DNA of 64,000 nt from Vulcanimicrobiota bacterium. Its GTDB lineage: Bacteria; Vulcanimicrobiota; Vulcanimicrobiia; Vulcanimicrobiales; Vulcanimicrobiaceae. Positions 1 to 8,706 of this stretch are shown here, piece by piece. The stretch lies in NCBI GenBank assembly GCA_963829005.1, contig CAWHGU010000004.1, positions 25,179 through 89,178 on the forward strand, read 5' to 3'. The notes beneath the pieces are model-generated. The model had not been told where the DNA came from and made no database searches. It was given only the letters and a program-made list of their open reading frames with translations. The first letter of the stretch is position 1. Every line of letters begins with the position of its first letter. The translations under genes and the position numbers were made by a program.

Positions 1-516
1 GTGCTGAGCCTGATGCCGCCCGCGGCGCGTTCGCAGTGGCGCGACGTCCTCGACGACATTGGGACACGGCTGAGCGCGTACGTGGGGGGCGTCGTCATCA
101 ACGGCTCGATCGTCGGCGTCGTTATGGGTGTTTCGCTAGCAGTCCTCGGCGTCCCATACTACTTACTCTTGGGATTCATAGCCGCCGTCTTTCAGGCGAT
201 TCCGATGCTCGGCGCCGTGATCTCCGGGCCGATCATCCTCCTGGTTGTATTAGCGACGAGCGGCTGGGCGAAGATGCTCATCGCGCTTGCGATTTTCGCA
301 GTCGTTCAGGTAATTGACCAAAACGTACTTTCGCCGATTATCTTCGGCCAACGGGTTCAGCTTAGCTTCCTGCTGATCATTCTGGCGACAGTCGTGGGTG
401 GAACCCTGCTCGGTATTGCTGGCGCCTTCCTCGCCGTCCCGGCCGCGGCCGTGTTGCAAGTGCTCGTGACGCGCATTGTCGCTCCAGCCATTCGCGCTGC
501 AAACGAGCAGAAGTAA
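1..516 (+). CDS. AI-2E family transporter (PerM/UPF0118), C-terminal 171 aa; 5' end outside window
   Basis: Multi-TM sequence with family-typical GFIAAVFQAIPMLG, QNVLSPIIFG and LGIAGAFLAVP segments. The ORF is open to position 1. Confidence 0.8.
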   Translation: MLSLMPPAARSQWRDVLDDIGTRLSAYVGGVVINGSIVGVVMGVSLAVLGVPYYLLLGFIAAVFQAIPMLGAVISGPIILLVVLATSGWAKMLIALAIFAVVQVIDQNVLSPIIFGQRVQLSFLLIILATVVGGTLLGIAGAFLAVPAAAVLQVLVTRIVAPAIRAANEQK

Positions 517-574
517 AGGAAGTACAATCTGGCGTCAGTACAACGATCGGCCAACATTAGAAAGGATCTAATCC

Positions 575-976
575 ATGTCCAGTTCACGCAAGACATTTCT
601 CGCTGGAACGGCCCTCCTTGGGATGACGAGCGCGCTGTTCGGGGCCGCAGCTGCCGCTACCGGTGAGCAAGCGATCATGCTCACGCTGTGGGTTACAACT
701 AAGGACCCCGGCGCATTCGACAAGTATTACACCGCGACGCACGCTCCATTAGTCAAGCAGCTCCCTGGCATTACTTCATTTGAAATAAGCAAGGGTCCCA
801 TTACCCAGGAGTCGTCACAGCCATCGCCTTATCATATGATCTCAGTAATTGGCTTCGATTCGATGAACGCCCTCACTGCGGCGATCGAGTCACCTGCTGG
901 TAAGGCGATGGTCGACGACCTAAAGAATTTTGCGGCAGGGACGTCCGTGCTAATGTTTTCAACGATTCCGGCTTGA
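575..976 (+). CDS. EthD-family (TIGR02118-like) protein with N-terminal signal peptide
   Basis: Signal-like N-terminus (FLAGTALLGMTSALFGAAAAA) followed by an EthD-like core (MLTLWVTTKDPGAFDKYYTATHAPLV...SFEISKG). GAAAGGA lies upstream of the ATG. Confidence 0.6.
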   Translation: MSSSRKTFLAGTALLGMTSALFGAAAAATGEQAIMLTLWVTTKDPGAFDKYYTATHAPLVKQLPGITSFEISKGPITQESSQPSPYHMISVIGFDSMNALTAAIESPAGKAMVDDLKNFAAGTSVLMFSTIPA

Positions 977-1051
977 GGTGCGTTGACGAGGCCCCGTCAG
1001 CCTTCCGAGTCCGTTTGATCGTGGCATAATCGCGTAATAGGAGTAACTCGA

Positions 1052-1144
1052 ATGGCCACTTTGTATCCGCCTTTCGACGGGCTTTCAGAGTGTAAGCACG
1101 ATGTTCAGCCATCAGCACGAACGTTGAGCAGCCAGCGCGCTTAA
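1052..1144 (+). pseudogene. 30-codon stub, truncated paralogue of the N-terminus of the 1930-2310 gene
   Basis: AGGAG SD plus ATG. MATLYPPFDGLSECKHDVQ resembles MATLHPPLNGLSVDKHDLQ at 1930. Most differences are third-codon-position changes, and the stub ends after 30 codons. Confidence 0.4.
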
Positions 1145-1204
1145 AATCGCCGCTGCTCGCGACGCGTCGCAAAGCCTCGCGATCGCGCCAGCGCGAAGAC
1201 GGAC

Positions 1205-1576
1205 CTATCGGACGATAGTGAGTTTGACCGGGTAAACGTAGCGTTCGCCGAACGCAGATTTGACGGCGGCGATAAGCGAGAACAGCAAATCGAACGCAAG
1301 CACGATCACGAAGAGCCAGAAAGCCAGCCGCGACGCCGCTCAGCCGACCATCGCGCAAACGCAAAACGCGGCCGTCAACGTGTATTGAAAATTGAGCGCC
1401 TCCTTCGCCTGGTGGGCTAGCCACGAGTCTACGGGATCTCTGCGCGTTCGCAGCCGGACGATGAGCGCGGGCACGAACAGGAAAATCACACCGCCGATGT
1501 GAGTGAAAATGGCAGCGAGTCGCTGCTCGGCCGGCACTTCGCTTGCGTGGTGATGATGATCATGCGATTCTGACAT
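1205..1576 (-). pseudogene. DUF4870 membrane protein interrupted by an in-frame TGA (1340-1342)
   Basis: MSESHDHHHH...FTHIGGVIFLFVPALIV...HQAKEALNFQYTL matches the DUF4870 core. After the TGA the same frame continues for 44 codons through the expected last TM helix and the C-terminal GERYVYPVKLTIVR. Confidence 0.7.
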
Positions 1577-1929
1577 GTTGCAGGGTACGGCGTCGCGATC
1601 GACCGAGCCTGTTCGCAGCGTTTGAGAGCGAGAGATGGCGATTCGATGATAGTGTTTCCCTTCGTTTCGCTCGGTCAAGAACCGGAAGGCAACGCCCCGG
1701 AGGCGAAGAAGCGGCCCATCTGAGACAAGGAGCCTCTCGAAATGCATAACTGTACCGATTGTGGGCGCATGACCGACAGCCAGTTTGAAGGTCGCCCCCT
1801 GTGCGACGATTGCAAGCATAAACGAAACGAATCCCAGGACGAGCGTCGTCGAGAAGGCGACGAGAAGCACCGCGCCTAGTCTTGCGTTTGGCTTAGTTAT
1901 CGCTTCGTCACTTGGTAGGAGTCGGTCGA

Positions 1930-2310
1930 ATGGCTACGCTGCATCCACCCCTCAACGGGCTATCAGTCGATAAGCACGATCTGCAAGCCCGCGTTCTGGG
2001 CTGGCATACGGTGGGCTCGTGCAGCGTTACCGTAAACGATCTATATCATTTTGCCGCTTCAGGAAGCTACAAGGCATTGGGGCGCAGCCGAACCTTTGAT
2101 CTGAAGATAGATCTTACGGACGAAGATCCAACCGTTCCGAGCGGCCCCTGCACCGTCACAAACGGAGGCCAAACCTTCAGCGGGACCTATACCCGCAACG
2201 GTACGGAGATTTCATTTGCCACGGCGGGTTATGATGTCACGATTTCACCCGACGGCCAGAACGTGATCCTTGAAGCAACTGGATACCCCAAGGTTCGCAT
2301 TCTCGCATGA
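1930..2310 (+). CDS. hypothetical protein (126 aa)
   Basis: Clean ORF from an ATG. No recognisable family. Its N-terminus is duplicated as a stub at 1052. Confidence 0.5.
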   Translation: MATLHPPLNGLSVDKHDLQARVLGWHTVGSCSVTVNDLYHFAASGSYKALGRSRTFDLKIDLTDEDPTVPSGPCTVTNGGQTFSGTYTRNGTEISFATAGYDVTISPDGQNVILEATGYPKVRILA

Positions 2311-2850
2311 GCGCAAATAGAAAGTTATCGTCACCAACTAGCCGCGTGACAGCCACGCCGCCGCCGACGAGGGAACCGATGCGCCTCGGTTGACCTACGG
2401 GTATTGGAATGAGCCGATTAGCGGTTCGGTGGAAACAATGGCTCCCCATCGTGGCACGATCTGGTTTGACATTGTGCCGAAGAACGACAAGCTACATCTC
2501 GACGGTCAATATTACGCGGGCGCGGGCGGGCGACGAGCGGACGAATTGAGATCATTTGCAAATGATTTCGGTTCGGAGAGCACTTGTGCCGAGAGGTTTG
2601 CAGTTGAATCACAAGGCTCCCCCATTCGCGATCGCCGAATGCACTCGTCCAGGAATTAATGGGGCTAACCTAACGGCCGTTGAAGATGCCGGGGGCGCGC
2701 CTGACGACCATTTGACGACCTTTCTTCCGGAAAAGCTTGTAAAGCCGTGGAAACTACTGGCACGCTATCCAAATTGCTCAGTGGTTATGAGGTCTTTCGC
2801 GTTTTTGGGACCTTTTTCGTGGAACGGCGCTTCGTGCCCGAATCATTTCG

Positions 2851-2890
2851 GATGTAAGGGGTCGGGGGTTCGAGTCCCCCATCTCCACCA
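2851..2890 (+). repeat. tmRNA/tRNA-like 3' end, copy A (T-arm GGGGG-TTCGAGT-CCCCC, acceptor strand ATCTCC, A, CCA)
   Basis: GGTTCGAGTCCCCCATCTCCACCA at 2867-2890. It is preceded by a tetraloop hairpin (CCGAA-TCAT-TTCGG), not an anticodon arm. No matching 5' acceptor strand was found upstream. Confidence 0.7.
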
Positions 2891-2897
2891 TCGAAAA

Positions 2898-2935
2898 CGC
2901 CCGATTCCTTGAGGGATGTCGGCGCTTTTGTTTTT
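2898..2935 (+). terminator. intrinsic terminator directly after copy A
   Basis: Imperfect GC hairpin (CGCCCGATTCC / GGGATGTCGGCG) followed by CTTTTGTTTTT. Confidence 0.6.
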
Positions 2936-3030
2936 GCGGCAAGACCAAGCAGGACGCGCTTATGGAAGTTGGTCTTGCAGTAGCCGCGTTCCCAGCGGCC
3001 GAAGTTACGGATCAATCTGACTACTTGCAC

Positions 3031-3074
3031 GATATGTAAGTGGTCGAGGGGTTCGAGTTCCCCCATCTCCACTA
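3031..3074 (+). repeat. tmRNA/tRNA-like 3' end, copy B (degenerate)
   Basis: GATATGTAAGTGGTCGAGGGGTTCGAGTTCCCCCATCTCCACTA aligns with copy A with a few mismatches or indels. CCA is mutated to CTA. Confidence 0.55.
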
Positions 3075-3260
3075 TGGAAATCGTGCGGAAAGTCTGAATC
3101 CGAGAGACTTGGCGACGCCCACGGTCCGCATTGCGCCGATTGCACATGACTTCAAGGCCGCTGCATTAAAACTACATTGCGAGGTTCACTTCGGGCCGAG
3201 GGGGCCATCGCGTTGGTGACGAGTTCGCAGTCGTTTGCACCGAGTTCTTTTGCCATGAGG

Positions 3261-3490
3261 TCATTGAGCAATGCGTTCATCGATCAATGCTTGGTTCTTT
3301 TCGCGATCTAATGCAAGGTTTTGAACCTCCAGCGAGTCGTTTTGCAGGTCGAAGAGTTGCACGTCGTTGTTTTTGAAAATCTCCTCCATGGTTCGGGGCG
3401 TGTTATAGGCAGTTGGCGCGTGGTACCGACCAAACTTGTAGCGCCCGTCAAAACGCTGGCGCTGCTCGGCGGAGGGGACCGCGCCTAGCA
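3261..3490 (-). pseudogene. sulfatase-family C-terminal fragment
   Basis: The tail ...GRYKFGRYHAPTAYNTPRTMEEIFKNNDVQLFDLQNDSLEVQNLALDREKNQALI resembles the sulfatase C-terminal LYDL-x-DP-x-E-x-NLA region. There is no N-terminal catalytic part, and upstream it runs into the cyclase gene. Confidence 0.45.
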
Positions 3491-3504
3491 CGAAATGCGG
3501 GTTT

Positions 3505-6252
3505 ATGGCGACCCACGTGGAACCGGGAGCGCCGGCTGTGGCGCGCCCGACCGGCACGGTGACGTTCCTGTTTTCGGATATCGAAGGCAGCACCGTGCGC
3601 TGGGAGCGCGGCCGCGAGGCGATGGCCGCCGCGCTGGCACGCCACGACGCGCTCATGCGCGCGGCGATGGAAACCCGCGGCGCGTACGTCTTCAAGACGA
3701 TCGGCGACGCCTTTTGCGCGGCCTTCGCAACCGCGCCCGATGCCACTGCCGCGGCGCTCGACGCGCAGCGGGCGCTGGCACGCGAAGATTTCTCGGCAGT
3801 CGAGGGATTGCGCGTGCGCATGGCGCTGCACGCGGGTAGCACCGACGAGCGCGAAGGCGACTACTTCGGCCCGACGGTCAATCGCGTCGCGCGGTTATTG
3901 GCGGCCGGGCACGGCGGCCAAGTGCTCCTCTCAGGTGCGTGCGCGGAACTACTCCAAGCTGAGCTGCCGCCGGAGTGCAGCTTACGCGATCTCGGCGAGC
4001 ACCGGCTCAAGGACCTCGCGCAGCCCGAACGCATCCACCAGCTGCTTGCACCCGACCTGATCGCCGACTTCCCGCCACTGCGTTCGCTCGAACACCTCTC
4101 GAACAACTTACCAGCACAGCTCAGCTCGTTTATCGGTCGCGAGACCGAGATCGCTGAGATCACCGCGCTCGTCGAGCGGCATCGCCTCGTTACGCTTGTC
4201 GGCTCGGGCGGCGTCGGCAAGACGCGCCTCTCTTTACAAGTGGCAGCCGATCTCATTGACGACTTAAGCGACGGCGTGTGGTTTGTCGAGCTCGCACCGC
4301 TGAGTAAGGGCGAGTACATTCCCACGACCGTCGCGTCGGCACTCAGCATTACGCTCCCGTCCGAAGGCGATCCGGTCGAGAACCTCGCGCGCGCGCTCAA
4401 AGGAAAACAGCTGCTGCTGATCTTCGACAACTGCGAGCATCTCGTCGCGCCGGCGGTGCACGCCATCTCCGCCATCCTGCACGCTGCGCCGAAGGTCACG
4501 GTGCTGGCATCGAGCCGCCAAGCTCTGGGCGTCGCCGGGGAAGCGACGTACCAAGTACCCTCGCTCGATCTCCCCACCGGCATCACGCTCTTCGTCGAGC
4601 GCGCGCGGGCCGCGAGCGCAACGTTCTCGCTCACCGACGAGAATGCGCCGGTGATCGCGGAGATCTGCCGGCGGCTCGACGGCATTGCGCTCGCGATCGA
4701 GCTGGCGGCGGCGCGGGTAAAGATGCTCGGCGTCAAACAACTGCGCGACCGACTCGACGAACGCTTCCGCGTGCTCACGGGCGGCGGGCGCAACGTGCTG
4801 CCGCGGCAACAAACGCTGCGGGCGATGATTGATTGGAGCCACGACCTGCTCGACGAGCGCGAGCGGGTGCTCTTCCGGCGGCTGGGGATATTCGTCGACG
4901 GGTTCACGCTTGAGGGAGCCATCGCCGTCGGAAGCGGCGATGAGAGCCTTGACGAGCTCGATGTCTTTGACGTGCTGGCGTCGCTCGTTGACAAGTCGCT
5001 GGTGCTGGCCGAGCCGCAGGGTGACGCGGTCCGCTACCGGCTGCTGGAATCAACGCACGCCTATGCGTTGGAGAAGCTGGAGGCTGCGGGCGAGCGCGAT
5101 CGCGTTGTGGACCGCCATCTGCGCTATCTGCGCGACGGGTTCGCAGAGTTGCTGGAAGAACGCGAGCGGACCGCACGACATTCCGACTTCGATGCAAGGC
5201 TGAAGACGGAACTGGAGGACGTGCGCTCCGCCCTCGACGGCGCGTTGGCACGCTCGACGGTCGTCGACGGCGCCGACCTGCTCGCCAACATTGGCGGGGG
5301 TTGGCGATCCTTCGGGCTCGATGCCGAAGGCATGGCGCGCTGTGAGGCGTATCTCGCGGCGCTCCCGGCGGACGAGTCGCGGCTGCGCGCTCGGCTGTTG
5401 ATCGCGTTGGAGTACTTGCTTAGTAATTCCGGCCGGCTAGAGCAGGCCTTCCAGCTGGCGACCGAAGCGGTCGCGCAGGCGCGGGCAAGCGGCGATGCCC
5501 GGGTCCGCGCTGCGGCGCTGGTCCGGTATTCGTATATCGCGACGAAGCTTCATCGGCTCGACGACGCGGAGGAGGCGTTAGCGCAAGCCGAAGCGTTTCC
5601 AGGGGCCTCGGCGAAGTTTCGCATTGACTTGCTCCAATGCCGTGGAAACTTAAGTATGTTCCGTGGCGATCTCGAGACGGCGGCGCGCGTGCATGAGCAG
5701 CTCCGCAAGGCGGCCCACTCGCTCGCAAACGTCCGCAGCCAGCATTTGGCGGCGTGGAACCTCGCGGAGATCGAACACCAGCGCGGTCAGACGCAGCAAG
5801 CGATCGCGATCGCTCGCGAGGTCCTTCCCGCGCTGCGATCCGGCACCGATACAGGCATGCTCGCTAGCCTGCTCGCCAATCTCGCAGGCTATCTCGTCGC
5901 GGTTGACGATTTTCCGGGCGCGGTCGCGGCGGCCCGCGAATCGATCGGAATCCACGCGGCGCGCGAGCCGGACCATGCCTACGTCGCGATGGCGATCGAG
6001 CACCTGGCGCTCGCCGTCGCGCTGCACGGCGATTGTGCCCGAGCGGGCATGCTCGAAGGCTACGCCGACGATGCGTTTGCGCGACACGGATTCAAGCGCG
6101 AGTTCACCGAGACGACGACCTACGACCGCCTCACCGCACTCCTGCGCGAAACCCTCAAGCCCGACGAACTCGCACGACTGATGATGGAGGGCGCTGCACT
6201 TAATCCGGAGGCTGCGATCGCACTCGCGCTTGAGGATCACGAATCGCAATAG
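3505..6252 (+). CDS. class III adenylate/guanylate cyclase domain fused to NB-ARC-type STAND ATPase and TPR array (915 aa)
   Basis: Cyclase motifs FLFSDIEGST, VFKTIGDAF and GPTVNRVARL. Walker A GSGGVGKTRL and Walker B LLLIFDNCEH. C-terminal helical repeats. Confidence 0.85.
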   Translation: MATHVEPGAPAVARPTGTVTFLFSDIEGSTVRWERGREAMAAALARHDALMRAAMETRGAYVFKTIGDAFCAAFATAPDATAAALDAQRALAREDFSAVEGLRVRMALHAGSTDEREGDYFGPTVNRVARLLAAGHGGQVLLSGACAELLQAELPPECSLRDLGEHRLKDLAQPERIHQLLAPDLIADFPPLRSLEHLSNNLPAQLSSFIGRETEIAEITALVERHRLVTLVGSGGVGKTRLSLQVAADLIDDLSDGVWFVELAPLSKGEYIPTTVASALSITLPSEGDPVENLARALKGKQLLLIFDNCEHLVAPAVHAISAILHAAPKVTVLASSRQALGVAGEATYQVPSLDLPTGITLFVERARAASATFSLTDENAPVIAEICRRLDGIALAIELAAARVKMLGVKQLRDRLDERFRVLTGGGRNVLPRQQTLRAMIDWSHDLLDERERVLFRRLGIFVDGFTLEGAIAVGSGDESLDELDVFDVLASLVDKSLVLAEPQGDAVRYRLLESTHAYALEKLEAAGERDRVVDRHLRYLRDGFAELLEERERTARHSDFDARLKTELEDVRSALDGALARSTVVDGADLLANIGGGWRSFGLDAEGMARCEAYLAALPADESRLRARLLIALEYLLSNSGRLEQAFQLATEAVAQARASGDARVRAAALVRYSYIATKLHRLDDAEEALAQAEAFPGASAKFRIDLLQCRGNLSMFRGDLETAARVHEQLRKAAHSLANVRSQHLAAWNLAEIEHQRGQTQQAIAIAREVLPALRSGTDTGMLASLLANLAGYLVAVDDFPGAVAAARESIGIHAAREPDHAYVAMAIEHLALAVALHGDCARAGMLEGYADDAFARHGFKREFTETTTYDRLTALLRETLKPDELARLMMEGAALNPEAAIALALEDHESQ

Positions 6253-6500
6253 AGTAGCAGCGCCGGCGGCCTCACCCGCAGCGTTCGCGCTCGCCATGGC
6301 CCTGCGACCTCGTGCTGGAAGGCGGCGATCAATTTCGCGGATGGTTCCGCGTAAGGCTTTCCGAGGTCGAGACGATCGAACCGGGCCCGCTTTCTGCTCG
6401 AAGCGCGGTAAGCGCCGTTCGTGCGAGCTCGGGAAGATAGATGACGCGCCGCGACTTGCGCAGTCGAGCGAGGCGCTCCCAAATTAGCCGCCTGCACGAG

Positions 6501-7280
6501 CTAGACGGTTGGTATTGTGCCACCGTCGATAACATATTCGACGCCGGCGACCGTCGCGGCGCGATCCGACGCCAGGAATGCAATGAGCTCGGCGACCTCC
6601 TCCGGGGCATTGGGGCGCCCGATCGGGATGCCACCCAGCGCATTCATGAGTTCGTGACGCGCGGATTGGCGATCGGTTCCCGCGGCGACGGCAAGCCTAT
6701 CGATCATCCCCATCGCGGCAGTCGTTTCCGTAAAGCCGGGCGCAATACTGAGTACGCGAATGCCTTTTGGTCCTACTTCATTAGACAGCCCCTTGCTGTA
6801 CGTCGTGAGGGCGGCCTTCGCAGCCGCATACGCTAATGTTGATTCGAAGAGCGGCATGCGACGCTGAATCGACGACACGTGAATGACCACGCCGGATCGA
6901 CGCTCGAGCATCCCCGGTATCAGGGCGCGGTCGAGACGCACGGCGCCGAGCAGGTTGAGGTCCAGTGCGCGACCCCACTCGTCGTCCGAGAGGGCGGCAA
7001 AACCGCCGGCGGGCGCGTTGGAGCCTCCAACATTGTCTATGAGGATGTCCACGCCGCCGAAACCTTTAGTGACGCGCTCGACGATTTGGCGCACGCCCTC
7101 GGCACGAGTGACGTCGGCTTGAACGAAGAGCTCCGGCCGGCGATCTTGCGACGGAGCCTCGCGCGCGGTCGTAGCGACCCGTGCCCCGCCGGCAGCCAGA
7201 CGGCGCGCGATCGCTTCACCGACGCCCTTCGTCCCGCCGGTGACGAGGGCGCGCTTGCCCTCGAATTCGCCGCCCGACAT
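6501..7280 (-). CDS. SDR-family oxidoreductase
   Basis: TGGTKGVGEAIARRL (TGxxxGxG), NNVG-like DNVGG, and S...YAAAK catalytic motifs. 259 aa. Confidence 0.9.
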   Translation of the reverse strand: MSGGEFEGKRALVTGGTKGVGEAIARRLAAGGARVATTAREAPSQDRRPELFVQADVTRAEGVRQIVERVTKGFGGVDILIDNVGGSNAPAGGFAALSDDEWGRALDLNLLGAVRLDRALIPGMLERRSGVVIHVSSIQRRMPLFESTLAYAAAKAALTTYSKGLSNEVGPKGIRVLSIAPGFTETTAAMGMIDRLAVAAGTDRQSARHELMNALGGIPIGRPNAPEEVAELIAFLASDRAATVAGVEYVIDGGTIPTV

Positions 7281-7609
7281 CAGCCGATCACCAAGCGGGC
7301 GATCTTCCCGTTCGAAATGACGAATGCATGATCGATCGGCAGCGGCGATCCCGGAAACGTGCCCGAGACGAGGGTTCCCACGATGAGTGTGTCGCCGGCC
7401 TGCTCGACCGCTCTGACGTCGAACGTAGCGTGATACTTCCGTTGGGTCTCCTCGATCCAGATTCTGATCGAATCGCCGCCGCGATATTCCTGGCCCTCGT
7501 CTTTGACGGCAGCGTCATCTTCGAACTGCGCGAGCGCACTCGGGACGTCGAACGCATTCCGGGATTCGAAATATTTGCGTATGGGTGGGGATAGTTCCAC
7601 AGCAGTCAT
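7280..7609 (-). CDS. SnoaL-like / NTF2-fold protein
   Basis: 109 aa with a small alpha+beta pattern (FESRNAFDVPSALAQFEDDAAVKDEG...). ATGA overlap with the downstream SDR gene. Confidence 0.55.
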   Translation of the reverse strand: MTAVELSPPIRKYFESRNAFDVPSALAQFEDDAAVKDEGQEYRGGDSIRIWIEETQRKYHATFDVRAVEQAGDTLIVGTLVSGTFPGSPLPIDHAFVISNGKIARLVIG

Positions 7610-7613
7610 TTCC

Positions 7614-8438
7614 TCATGCCTCCGAGGAAGTGCGAAATATTGGCCAGCCGATTTCGGTTACTAGCTGGCTCTCGTCACCGACGTCGTCGCTGGTGATGAG
7701 GTAACTCTCGCGGATCGGTCCAGACACCGCGATTGCCCGTTCGACCACGTGAGTTCCGAGCGGTGCGTAGGTGCGATCCGCTTCGCGTAAAGCGCCTTGA
7801 TGGACGGCGACGGCAAGCTCAACCGGCGGCAGTTCCCGCACGAACACTTCGCCAACCGCGTCCAGCCTGCCGACTACGGGGACGAACAGAGTTACTTCGC
7901 CGACTTCATCCGTGTACAGTTCCGTCGGGTATAGCCCACCCGATGGCCCAGCCGGTGAAACGCCCTGGTCGCGCAGCACGCGGTAGATCTCCGCGAACGA
8001 GTTGGACCACCAAGGCTCAATGTCGGGAAGGCGTACGATCTTCGTGACGGCTCCGACATGAAAGGCGGGAACCGACCGATACTCGATCGCTATCGGCGCG
8101 GGCGAGCCCTCAAGGAGTGAACGCAGCGATGCTACGACCGATTGCGTCCGCTCGAGCGTGGATTCCATTTGTTTAAGGTGCTCGACGATCAAGGCGTTCC
8201 GCCGATCGACGTCAGGTGCTTTGAGAATCGCTTTGATATGCTCCACCGGCATATCGAGGTCGCGGAATCGGCGAATCACCTGCGCGGCCGGCACCTGGCT
8301 CAAATCATACGAGCGATATCCGGTGCTCGGGTCAACATCGGAAGGTTCTAGCAGACCGAGCTCGTGGTAGTGCCGCAGCGCTTTCACGCTGAGGTGCGTC
8401 ATCCGCGAAAAGTCACCAATGGACAACTTGGCTGGCAT
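7614..8438 (-). CDS. MerR-family regulator with C-terminal GyrI-like effector-binding domain
   Basis: N-terminal LSIGDFSRMTHLSVKALRHYHELGLL HTH plus a ~150-aa GyrI-like tail (BmrR-type architecture). Confidence 0.85.
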   Translation of the reverse strand: MPAKLSIGDFSRMTHLSVKALRHYHELGLLEPSDVDPSTGYRSYDLSQVPAAQVIRRFRDLDMPVEHIKAILKAPDVDRRNALIVEHLKQMESTLERTQSVVASLRSLLEGSPAPIAIEYRSVPAFHVGAVTKIVRLPDIEPWWSNSFAEIYRVLRDQGVSPAGPSGGLYPTELYTDEVGEVTLFVPVVGRLDAVGEVFVRELPPVELAVAVHQGALREADRTYAPLGTHVVERAIAVSGPIRESYLITSDDVGDESQLVTEIGWPIFRTSSEA

Positions 8439-8444
8439 GATTAC

Positions 8445-8475
8445 ATTGTGAAACCTCCCTCAAGGGGAGAGTCAA
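8445..8475 (-). promoter_or_regulatory. MerR-type promoter: TTGACT, 19-nt spacer with CTCCC/GGGAG dyad, CACAAT; implies a leaderless transcript
   Basis: Minus-strand read is TTGACT-CTCCCCTTGAGGGAGGTTT-CACAAT. The -10 ends 6 nt before the ATG at 8438. Confidence 0.5.
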
Positions 8476-8670
8476 GCGATTTGGCGGATCGCAAGCGAGC
8501 CCTTGGCAGCGTACGACAACCTTACGACAATTCGCGCGGAAACTAGCGGAAAGCGCGGACGCTAGCGGACGAAAAATCGGCCTCGAAAAGACTGACGCAG
8601 CAACGAAAATGGGCTATTTCTTGCGTTTCGTACGCGCTCTAGGTTTCGAGAGGCGTTTACTTCGCATGCA

Positions 8671-8706
8671 AGGGAGTCGGGGTTCGAGTCCCCCTTTCTC
8701 CCACTA
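8671..8706 (+). repeat. tmRNA/tRNA-like 3' end, copy C (diverged)
   Basis: CGGGGTTCGAGTCCCCCTTTCTCCCACTA followed by TCGAAAACGCCTGATTC, the same downstream motif as copies A and E. Confidence 0.55.

Noticed and set aside
1340-1870. 176-aa ORF as the full DUF4870 protein
   Set aside because: The N-terminal 98 codons show no family similarity. Homology starts at the internal ATG (1576), and the true C-terminus continues past the TGA down to 1205.
2390-2659. 89-aa ORF (MTYGYWNEPISGSVETMAPHRGTIWFDIVPKNDKLHLDGQYY…) as a gene
   Set aside because: The first ~45 residues look protein-like, but the rest degenerates. There is no SD or family match, and it lies in the region of weak similarity upstream of repeat copy A. 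Left uncalled.
2540-2890. A complete tmRNA (ssrA) gene ending at repeat copy A
   Set aside because: The acceptor 3' strand requires a 5' GGGGATG-type start 250-400 nt upstream. None is present; the closest are GGGGCTA at about 2661 and GAAGATG at about 2684, and both mismatch. I see no GGxTTCGAC D-loop analogue and no tag ORF ending in …LAA.
3861-4994. Long antisense or overlapping ORFs, including 3861-4994(-), 36207-37166(-), 47793-48695(+), 53637-54851(-), 54071-55147(+), 58137-59294(+), 58267-59265(-) and 46604-47758(+)
   Set aside because: Their translations are Arg/Ala/Pro/Ser-rich and low-complexity, with no family resemblance. They lie entirely inside strongly supported genes on the other strand or frame. 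These are the typical stop-poor shadow frames of high-GC DNA.
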